From an uncultured Candidatus Saccharibacteria bacterium (GTDB lineage: Bacteria; Patescibacteriota; Saccharimonadia; Saccharimonadales; JACDBH01), in contig OZ246417.1 in assembly GCA_965231105.1 (NCBI GenBank), positions 704,908 through 768,907 on the forward strand: 64,000 nucleotides of DNA. Reading direction: 5' to 3'. The first letter of the stretch is position 1. Each line of letters starts with the position of its first letter. This document shows, piece by piece, positions 19,526-27,447 of the stretch. The position numbers and the translations under genes were made by a program. Under the pieces are notes generated by a model that saw only the letters and a program-made list of their open reading frames with translations, ran no database searches and had not been told where the DNA came from.

Positions 19526-19799
19526 AAACTGTGTAGAACTAGTCCGCATGGTTGTGTATGGCATGGGTGTAACTAAGTCAGTTGTGCACAGAGCAACGAG
19601 CCATAGGCGAAGCCCTGCGGATAAATTGCACGCTTTCCCACAAACTCGTGCACAAAAATCTGATACTCAAAATTCGTTTTACACACAGGTTTTTGAGCAA
19701 ATTAACAGATTAAACGGTGTGGTTGTACACATTTTTCACAGGCCTTATAAAAACTATAACTATCTATATAAATAAGAATATATTTAGAAAGGCATATAC
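19526..19799. promoter_or_regulatory. Candidate oriC part 2: dnaA-dnaN spacer with DnaA-box-like sites and an AT-rich unwinding-type tract
   Basis: TGCGGATAA 19616-19624 (one mismatch). TTTCCCACA 19634-19642 and TTTTTCACA 19732-19740 (two mismatches). AT-rich run 19745-19795 (ttataaaaactataactatctatataaataagaatatattt). Confidence 0.5.
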
Positions 19800-20891
19800 A
19801 TGAAGCTTCAGGTTACCCAGGAAAATCTCAGCAAAGCACTTAGCACGGTTGCTCGTGTAGCCAATACACGGAATGCACTACCTATACTGGGTAATGTACT
19901 TCTAAAGACTGTCGACAATAGACTGAGTGTGGCTGCAACCAACCTTGATATAGCTATCACGCACTATATTGGATCAAAAGTAAGCGAGGAGGGTGCTATT
20001 ACTGTGCCTGCTCGACTCATGCAAGACTTTGTGAGCAGTTTACCAAGCGGTGTTATTGATCTCGAGCTTGAGGAAAGCAAACTTCATATATCGACCAACC
20101 AGTACCAATCCACTATCAATGGGGTGAGTGCAGAGGATTTCCCGGTTATGCCCGCTATTAGTGACGGCACTTCGTGGCAGGTACCCGCATCAGTTCTAAA
20201 AAAAGGCTTACAGCAGACTGTTCTTGCGGCATCCGCGGATGAAGCGAGGCCAGTCCTCACGGGAGTATTCCTTCATACTCATAACGGTAAGCTGTATGTC
20301 GTAGCAACCGATAGCTATCGATTAGCCGAGAAAGAGCTAATGAAGAATAAAGAATCTATCTCACTCTTGATACCGGGGAGTGCCCTGCAAGATATGTTGA
20401 GAATTCTTGACGATGGTGATGAGCCGGTTACTATCACCCATGACGATCAACAGGTATTGTTCCAGGTTGGTGAAGTTGAGCTGGTGAGTCGACTTATTGA
20501 AGGATCCTACCCCGACTATCGTAAGCTTATTCCGCCTTCATTTGCGGTTACGGCTACCCTTAAGCGAGACGACCTTACCAATATCACTAAGGTATCTTCA
20601 TTGTTTGCGCGAGAGAGCGCGGGCAGCGTCACGATTAAGGTTGATGAAGTAAAGAAGCAAGTAAGTATCCGGTCTGTTGCCTCACAGCTCGGCGAGAACA
20701 CCGCAAGTGCTGAGGCTGAGGTTGAGGGTGGCGGTGAGGTTACGCTTAATTCGCGCTATATACTCGATGCTCTCCATGTCTTTGGTGGTGAGACGGTAAG
20801 CTTTAGTTTTAATGGTAAGCTTGATCCTTGTTTGCTTACCGATCCCAAGAACCTAGACTATAAGCACATTATTATGCCGCTCAGAAGCTAA
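19800..20891 (+). CDS. dnaN: DNA polymerase III beta sliding clamp
   Basis: Full-length colinear DnaN pattern (MKLQVTQENLSKAL...ATDSYRLAE...MPLRS). dnaA-dnaN-recF synteny. Confidence 0.95.
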   Translation: MKLQVTQENLSKALSTVARVANTRNALPILGNVLLKTVDNRLSVAATNLDIAITHYIGSKVSEEGAITVPARLMQDFVSSLPSGVIDLELEESKLHISTNQYQSTINGVSAEDFPVMPAISDGTSWQVPASVLKKGLQQTVLAASADEARPVLTGVFLHTHNGKLYVVATDSYRLAEKELMKNKESISLLIPGSALQDMLRILDDGDEPVTITHDDQQVLFQVGEVELVSRLIEGSYPDYRKLIPPSFAVTATLKRDDLTNITKVSSLFARESAGSVTIKVDEVKKQVSIRSVASQLGENTASAEAEVEGGGEVTLNSRYILDALHVFGGETVSFSFNGKLDPCLLTDPKNLDYKHIIMPLRS

Positions 20892-20929
20892 GACTTGTGT
20901 ATGGTGCTCGCCTTCTCTACCCTTAAACT

Positions 20930-21985
20930 ATGCTTCCCCATATTCGGCTAAAACAATTTCGTTCATATATGGATGCTTCTTTTGAGTTTGGTGAAGGTGT
21001 GAATATTATTGTCGGACCAAATGCGAGCGGCAAGACAAACTTACTTGAGGCAATTTTGGTCATAGCTCGCGGCTCATCCTATCGAGTAGGAGATGTGGAC
21101 CTTATTATGTTTGATGAGCCCTGGGCAAGGCTTGATAGTGCGGTAGATGGAAGCGATAGAACGATTAAGATTATGCGTGAAGGCATAAAAAGTACTAAGT
21201 CATATGTCTTAAACGGAAAATCTTATACGCGTCTCTCGCGAACCCACATGTTACCAGTGGTGCTATTTGAGCCAAACCACCTCCTGCTCTTAAATGGTCA
21301 GCCGGATATGCGCCGACAATATCTCGATGATTTACTTGAGCAACTCAAACCGGAGTTTGCGGGTATCAGGCGACACTATAAGCGAGTGCTATCACAGCGG
21401 AATGCTCTGCTTAAGAAACAACCCAAGGACCTTAAGCAGCAATTATTTGTCTGGAATGTACGTTTGAGCGAGCTGGGTGGACATATAGCGCGAGAACGCA
21501 CTGACTTAGTTTCTGCGCTCAATAAGCGATTGGGCGGCCTCTACGAAAGCATAGCGCATAGCAAAACGAAGGTTACGGCTGAGTATTCTAGTAGCTTGCC
21601 GCTTAAGAACTATGAAACAGCCCTTCTCCATAAGCTGGAACACTCCTTAGAAAAAGATCTATTACGGGGTTTTACCACCGTTGGCCCACATCGGGATGAT
21701 CTTGTCGTACTGTTTGATGGTGTGCCTGCACACGAAACCGCATCACGCGGGGAGACGCGTACTGCCCTCCTCGCCTTCAAGGTTTTTGAGCTTGGCTTAC
21801 TCGAGGAATTGCTTGGGCAGAAACCACTTCTCCTGCTTGACGATGTGTTTAGCGAGCTTGATGGTAAAAGGCGTCACGCCCTGACCGATTACCTAAAGAC
21901 ATATCAGACCTTTATAACCACCACTGATGCCGATCTCATCATGCACGATTTTGCTCAAGAGACGAACGTAATAGCACTGGGTTAA
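20930..21985 (+). CDS. recF: DNA replication/repair protein RecF
   Basis: Walker A GPNASGKTNLLEAI, SMC-type signature and Walker B LLLLDDVFSELD. Confidence 0.93.
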   Translation: MLPHIRLKQFRSYMDASFEFGEGVNIIVGPNASGKTNLLEAILVIARGSSYRVGDVDLIMFDEPWARLDSAVDGSDRTIKIMREGIKSTKSYVLNGKSYTRLSRTHMLPVVLFEPNHLLLLNGQPDMRRQYLDDLLEQLKPEFAGIRRHYKRVLSQRNALLKKQPKDLKQQLFVWNVRLSELGGHIARERTDLVSALNKRLGGLYESIAHSKTKVTAEYSSSLPLKNYETALLHKLEHSLEKDLLRGFTTVGPHRDDLVVLFDGVPAHETASRGETRTALLAFKVFELGLLEELLGQKPLLLLDDVFSELDGKRRHALTDYLKTYQTFITTTDADLIMHDFAQETNVIALG

Positions 21986-21994
21986 CGAAATAAA

Positions 21995-22696
21995 CTATTG
22001 AAGTAAGGTTCCTTCGCCTTCACCGCCACTTGTGGGTTTGACGATTCGCACCGTTTCCTTTGATAGGTCTGGTTGCTTAAGTCCAGCCGCTAAGGCAGCT
22101 TCTGCGGCCGTACGGCTTGCCGTCGAGCCATCATAAAGGTCAATGATGAAACTGTCTTGCGCTAGATGATAACTAATAGCATAAGTAGCCGACTGAACGG
22201 GTAGCGTAGCTATGTACTGATTCCGAGGTGAATTGGATGGGAGTTCTGCATCAATATTTACCCCACTCTTTGTATCGGTGATCTGCGTTTTAAGCCGGCT
22301 GTTGGGAAGCTTCTGCAGACGTATCGAAATGGTATTGCCGCTCGAGCCGTACTTTCCAGTAAATACGAGCTCCTCACCTTCTCGTTTTGGCTTATCATCG
22401 AGCTTAAAGCCAATAACCTTATCGGAATTCTTATATTCCTCATAATTTTTTTCACCAAATACGAAAAGATCTTCTATGAAAGAGTCGTAGCGTGCATCAC
22501 CTTCTAATTCGACAAAAAGCTCCTCTCCGCCAATTACTCGGGCTTGGGTTGTGTAGTCTGCGGCGGTACCTTCTTCTGGTGGGGTGTCTATCTTTTCCCT
22601 CCTCCCAAGTATGGCTAGAAAAGTAATAACAATAAGGGCAACAAGCGCAAAGATAATAAGGCGTTTACGATTGCTCTTTGGTTCTGTGGGTTGCAT
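21995..22696 (-). CDS. Bitopic membrane protein, last gene of the T4SS-like operon (VirB8/PrgL-like size and topology; no motif recognised)
   Basis: ATG 22696 is preceded by a perfect AGGAGG. One N-terminal TM (LIIFALVALIVITFLAIL) followed by about 190 aa outside. The ORF-track start at 22771 overlaps the upstream gene. Confidence 0.6.
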   Translation of the reverse strand: MQPTEPKSNRKRLIIFALVALIVITFLAILGRREKIDTPPEEGTAADYTTQARVIGGEELFVELEGDARYDSFIEDLFVFGEKNYEEYKNSDKVIGFKLDDKPKREGEELVFTGKYGSSGNTISIRLQKLPNSRLKTQITDTKSGVNIDAELPSNSPRNQYIATLPVQSATYAISYHLAQDSFIIDLYDGSTASRTAAEAALAAGLKQPDLSKETVRIVKPTSGGEGEGTLLQ

Positions 22697-22707
22697 ATAG
22701 ACCTCCT

Positions 22708-24603
22708 TTAACGAGCTGGTAATGTTGCATAAATCTGAGCAAGGAATGAAATAAAGGCTGGGTCGCGACATTCATCTCGTCCACCGCGTTGCGGTACGCC
22801 GCCTATTGTACAGCCACGGTCGATGTGTAAGTGAGGGCCACCACCCCAACAGACGCTGGTGAAGTTTTGTCTATCGGCAATTTCAGCAATCTTTGTACCG
22901 GCCGCTACGCGGGCTCCTTGGGTCACGGTGACATTCTTAAGGTGTCCGTACCAATAGTAATATCCGTCTTCGGCTCTGAACTGAATAGTGGAGCAGCCAG
23001 CGACGCCCTTGTAGTTCGTATTAATAGTGACGGGAGTACCATCGTAAATTGCGTAGACATCTGCACTATCGGTGCTGAAGAGGTCGTACGCTGGCGTGCC
23101 ATCATGGTGTCCGGTAGTAGTTTGCCCAACGCGTATACCACCGACAGCTTGTGTTTGTGGTGCAAGCGGAAAAGCATAGCCATCTATATTAACCTGGCCA
23201 GGGTTAGCTCCAGGATTGCCTCCGGGACCGGTGGCTATACAGCCGCCAGGAGTGGTTGAGAGACCAGAACCTGTAATAACGAGACCCTGAGTAACCGCAT
23301 CGATTGTGGCATACAGACCATTGATATAGGCCTGTTCATCATTGCCGTCTGAGCCTGGTGCATAGTGACTGATATACGTAGTGAAGTCGTGGGATTCATA
23401 AGGGCTGCCAGCGTTAAGATAATTACGCCGTATAGCCATAAACCAGTCATCACTGCCAGTTGGCTCTCCATCCAGACTTGCCTCCCATGAGGGCCACTGA
23501 TAAACCAATCGTACACGTCCTGATGATGTTGTATAGGTCGTGTGCGGCTGTGACTGGCTGGCTGATCGACCAAAAGCATTGTAGCTTGGTGGAGTAGTTG
23601 CGTGCCACCCGCTCGCGGCAGTGGCAAAGCCATTTTCACGCTGTAAATGACCCACTGCCAGGAATGGATTAACATTGCTTCGTTTTGCGCCACGGATAAA
23701 CGCTTCACCCAACCCAACAAATGGGCTTGAAGACCATCGACTAGAAATATACGTATTTATCGCTTGTGCGGCAGCGGCTTCATCAACGATACCGGGATAT
23801 GTAAGTACATGGGAAGGAATACCGTCTTCGGGCACATCTCCTGCTGCGCCAGGTGTTTCAGAGGCGCTTGGGCGCAAGGCATTGGCAATAACGGTAGCGA
23901 AAGTGTTATTGCCGGTGTTGGTGGGATGAATAGCATCTGAACCGAGTTCGATATTAGCACCTGTTGTGTCGATAACGCTGTAGCCAGAAGATGTTGCGAG
24001 GCTGGTAATGATTTCATTGCGAGCATCCCTTCCTGCCGTGTCGCTGGTGTAGAACAGGTTTACCCAATAGATGCGGGCATTAGGATTAATGCCGCGAATA
24101 TTAGCAAGGAGGGCTGGAATCTGTACGTTTAGATCCTCGGTGCCACTATTCGTGCCCAGAGCAATAACGATGACGCTAGAGTTAGATATGTGATTTTCAT
24201 CATCAAGCACTGCCTGTAATCCTGGTGGATTGCTTCCTGCGGTATCGACGGAAATTGCTCTTCCTGGGTCGGCGTTAATAGCGGTCACCGCATACCCTGC
24301 ACCAATTAACTCGGTAGAGACGTTTGTTCGAGCGCTGTTAGTAATTGAGTCGCCGAGCACGTACACGCTATTAGAATTAAGGCCGGGCACCGTAGCAACA
24401 GCACAGCCACCACTCTCTGGATCATATAAAGGGCTGCCGTAGTATAGCGATTCAAGATCTTCGGCAGATTGCGCAAGCGCAACCGGAGCGTATGCACTGA
24501 TTGTTACGAGTGTAATCGACAGTGCTGCGAGCCACATAGCTTTAGCAGGAAGATAAATGAGCTTTTTCAAGGACTCTTGCAACCGCATGCTACTGGCCTC
24601 CAT
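22708..24603 (-). CDS. Secreted three-module cell-wall hydrolase: SGNH/GDSL esterase + GH73-like glucosaminidase + M23 (LytM) endopeptidase
   Basis: Signal peptide ...APVALAQSA. GDSL block VYVLGDSITNS, GTNSG, DAIHPT. Central LAVGHLQRENGF...YNAFGRSA resembles the GH73 catalytic region. C-terminal YYYWYGHL...GGGPHLHIDRG matches the M23 HxH motif. Alternative start ATG 24588. Confidence 0.75.
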   Translation of the reverse strand: MEASSMRLQESLKKLIYLPAKAMWLAALSITLVTISAYAPVALAQSAEDLESLYYGSPLYDPESGGCAVATVPGLNSNSVYVLGDSITNSARTNVSTELIGAGYAVTAINADPGRAISVDTAGSNPPGLQAVLDDENHISNSSVIVIALGTNSGTEDLNVQIPALLANIRGINPNARIYWVNLFYTSDTAGRDARNEIITSLATSSGYSVIDTTGANIELGSDAIHPTNTGNNTFATVIANALRPSASETPGAAGDVPEDGIPSHVLTYPGIVDEAAAAQAINTYISSRWSSSPFVGLGEAFIRGAKRSNVNPFLAVGHLQRENGFATAASGWHATTPPSYNAFGRSASQSQPHTTYTTSSGRVRLVYQWPSWEASLDGEPTGSDDWFMAIRRNYLNAGSPYESHDFTTYISHYAPGSDGNDEQAYINGLYATIDAVTQGLVITGSGLSTTPGGCIATGPGGNPGANPGQVNIDGYAFPLAPQTQAVGGIRVGQTTTGHHDGTPAYDLFSTDSADVYAIYDGTPVTINTNYKGVAGCSTIQFRAEDGYYYWYGHLKNVTVTQGARVAAGTKIAEIADRQNFTSVCWGGGPHLHIDRGCTIGGVPQRGGRDECRDPAFISFLAQIYATLPAR

Positions 24604-27439
24604 TTACTGTTTGTGGGTTTACAATACCACTTTCAAGCCCGCCATCTGATGTGTAGCCGCTAGTAAAACCTAAACCACCACGGACTCGCCTATCCAGGGT
24701 TTCGCAGTTATATATATCAAGCACTGTCTGAGGGTCCTCGGAGTTATCGTCCACTCGTTCATATACTTTGTTCCAGAAAGCGTCTACATCACCCAGTAGC
24801 TCCATGGTGAGGTCACTTGCATCAATGAATGGTTCCCCATCGTCATTGGTTAGATCGTCGGCATTTGTCATGTCGGCAGCGGGTACACCAACAAACGGAT
24901 CTCGATCAAGACAGTATGCAGGAAAATCGTAGGTATCAATACCGGCAAACGATGCAGCACCGGCAAAACTAGGCTGTGCGCCAATGCGGGGGCTTACTAT
25001 AGAAATACCCGAGCTAAAGAGATTGCCGACCCAAGTCTTAAGTGAGCCGAAGTCGGTGGCCTTAAGTGTAGATAGGCTGAAGAGTGTCTGAGAAGCAAAT
25101 GATTCTGGGTTGGCGGTTGAGAAATATCTTTCAGTGAAAGACATAGTTTGGTTTTGTTCCTGAGCGTAATTGTATGCAATCTCGCTGGCCTTTAACTGAG
25201 ATCCTGGGTTGCTGCGTCCAGCGCCACTGGCACGCATGACACTCTCTGCTACATACGCAGCTCCCTGACCGATCATTGTTAGGATAAGCCCTGCGAGATC
25301 ATTAAAGCCTGTTAAGATTGGTCCTGCGCCCAAGAATGCAACAACCTTCTCGGTCAGCCAAGCCAGTGCCCTTTCAATACCACCGGTAATACCCAACGCA
25401 TCAAAGATAGGATCAATAATAGCCGAGACAAGATCACCGATTCTTCCTGATATCCAGCTTGCGACATCAAAGAAGAAGCCAGTTACCGGATTGTCTCGTG
25501 CGCTGTTGTAATCTTCAACAATTGGATGCAATATGCGACCTACCGAATTCATATACAAGCTCTCTATGCGACTTGCATTTGTCCGGCCCCCAATCTTTGT
25601 GCTATCGCAGTTCCAATAGTATTCACCCTGAGCCGGCACGTGTGAGTCGTTGCAAAAATCTGCTCGTTCCTGAGATGTATTGCCATGGTTGAGCTCGTCA
25701 TTAAAGAAGTAATCATAGGCTTCGCTCTTTTCAAGCCCATTGAGGCCTTCCATAATTACATTATATTCGTCGGCGGTGAGCTGCCCGGTTTTTGTTTGAT
25801 CCCGCATGATCGAATAGGTGGTGTATGCAGCAGCAGCTTGAGTACCTTTAGCAACGGTAGCTAGCTGGCTAAGGCGTCCATTCATTATGTTGGAGTCAAT
25901 GCGCGAAAGCATATCCATTGTATCCACGATATTAATAACAGTAGCGGCGATATTGAGCTTGGTCATGATGCCACGCAAAAGTTCGGCACGTAGTGCTGCA
26001 CTTGCCGCTTCATCAGTGGCGTTTGCTACGTTGTCTACGGCCTCAGAAACAAGGTCATCGACAGCATCGGTGGAACTTCCATCACCCCGTACAATGTTTC
26101 CATCTTCATCGGTCACAGGGCTACCATCAGGATTAAGTTCGGCTCTATCGCCGTCTGTATCGGTTGTTCGGCCAGAAAAGCTACGCTGAGTCTTATTTTC
26201 TGGATTATTAACATCTCCGTTCTTGGGGCAAGATCCTGCTCCAAAAATACACAGCAAGAATTTGCCACTCCTTGTATCTGCTGGAATGAGTTTTCTAAGT
26301 AGCTTTCTTTGAATCTCTATCTTACGCTGCGTTCTATTGTTTCGCCTTGTCTCAAAGAACTTCCATTCAGTTACGCCGGTCATATTTTGAATATCTTTGC
26401 GAATGTGACGTCTCCGCAAGACGCGAAGGAAGTGCGTATTATCATTCACGACTTTCTTAATCGCTCTCCGGGCTTCTTGACTATTTTCAAATATATCGAG
26501 ATTTATAAATTCATCGAGCCTAGTTCCAACTGTATTGAGTGCATCAATACTGCTTTGTCCCCCGGCATTAATTTGGTTGAAGAGGTTACGCGCATTTGCC
26601 TCCCCTCCATATTCCTGGACGGGATCGAACGTAAAGTTAATATCTTGCGACCTCGTTCTTACCGATATGAGTCCGGTGCGTGGATTTCCTACGGCATCCA
26701 CCATGCTTGTAAAGTAAATGCCGTGCTTATTAAAGACATCCTGCTCAAATCGACTTGTGCGAAGGGTGCGGTACCAATCGGTTAATGGGCGATCAGTATC
26801 TACTTTTTGGGCACGGAAGAAGTGGTTATCTTGTCCTGGGTTGGCGGTGCCGTTAAATTCAAACATACGAATTTGAACGTAAGCCTTAACCCATTTATCG
26901 GAACGGTTATCAAAGACGGCATTGAAGCGCGCAAAAGACTTGGCATCGATATTATCCAGTATGTGCTGAAGCTTGAAAATGCCTAAGAAGTTAAAGAGCG
27001 CAAAGCCCGCCAGCACGAGACCAGTAATACCAGCACCTGCTCCAGCAAGAAGTTTTTTATTCTTTTTGAACTTCCCAAGAAATCCACCTTTTTTGGCATT
27101 TCCACTGCCCGTGCCCTGCTTGTTATTGTAGAGGCCCGTATCTTCGCGCTTATCCTCCTTTAAGGCATCACGGAACATAGTGCCAGCATCTTCGGCGTCT
27201 TCTTTTTCTCTCTTGTTTCCTTTTGTTGAGGATCCGCCTTCCCCAGAAACTACAGAGGCTTCACCCCAGCTTTCTCGCGCCTTCTCAAGACCTGTTTTAG
27301 TGCTCGCTGCACTTTCGTTTTCCGCTGTCTCAAGATTCTCGTCCTTTGGTGCCATGCCCCAGCGGCGATTTGCTCGTTCTTGGGCGCTTAGGTTTTTGAC
27401 GTCTCCCTCGTCGTCATATACTCGATTGGGCAATGCCAT
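24590..27439 (-). CDS. 949-aa orphan membrane-anchored protein of the T4SS-like operon
   Basis: Charged, low-complexity N-terminal 130 aa, TM LLAGAGAGITGLVLAGFALFNFLGIF, then about 790 aa with a further hydrophobic patch (VVAFLGAGPILTGF...LILTMIGQGAAYVA). I recognise no domain. Confidence 0.6.
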   Translation of the reverse strand: MALPNRVYDDEGDVKNLSAQERANRRWGMAPKDENLETAENESAASTKTGLEKARESWGEASVVSGEGGSSTKGNKREKEDAEDAGTMFRDALKEDKREDTGLYNNKQGTGSGNAKKGGFLGKFKKNKKLLAGAGAGITGLVLAGFALFNFLGIFKLQHILDNIDAKSFARFNAVFDNRSDKWVKAYVQIRMFEFNGTANPGQDNHFFRAQKVDTDRPLTDWYRTLRTSRFEQDVFNKHGIYFTSMVDAVGNPRTGLISVRTRSQDINFTFDPVQEYGGEANARNLFNQINAGGQSSIDALNTVGTRLDEFINLDIFENSQEARRAIKKVVNDNTHFLRVLRRRHIRKDIQNMTGVTEWKFFETRRNNRTQRKIEIQRKLLRKLIPADTRSGKFLLCIFGAGSCPKNGDVNNPENKTQRSFSGRTTDTDGDRAELNPDGSPVTDEDGNIVRGDGSSTDAVDDLVSEAVDNVANATDEAASAALRAELLRGIMTKLNIAATVINIVDTMDMLSRIDSNIMNGRLSQLATVAKGTQAAAAYTTYSIMRDQTKTGQLTADEYNVIMEGLNGLEKSEAYDYFFNDELNHGNTSQERADFCNDSHVPAQGEYYWNCDSTKIGGRTNASRIESLYMNSVGRILHPIVEDYNSARDNPVTGFFFDVASWISGRIGDLVSAIIDPIFDALGITGGIERALAWLTEKVVAFLGAGPILTGFNDLAGLILTMIGQGAAYVAESVMRASGAGRSNPGSQLKASEIAYNYAQEQNQTMSFTERYFSTANPESFASQTLFSLSTLKATDFGSLKTWVGNLFSSGISIVSPRIGAQPSFAGAASFAGIDTYDFPAYCLDRDPFVGVPAADMTNADDLTNDDGEPFIDASDLTMELLGDVDAFWNKVYERVDDNSEDPQTVLDIYNCETLDRRVRGGLGFTSGYTSDGGLESGIVNPQTVNGGQ

Positions 27440-27447
27440 GTCTTATC

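Noticed and set aside
19443-19775. 110-aa plus-strand ORF spanning the dnaA 3' end and the dnaA-dnaN spacer
   Set aside because: It overlaps dnaA out of frame and runs through the DnaA-box/AT-rich region. It has no SD and an odd composition (Cys/His/Arg-rich). More likely non-coding origin DNA.
22831-24442. Several 60-160-aa antisense or alternate-frame ORFs inside the hydrolase gene (for example 22831-23259, 23235-23720, 23757-24026)
   Set aside because: They are fully nested in a long ORF with clear domain motifs. They have no SDs and low-complexity translations. Locally higher GC gives long spurious frames.
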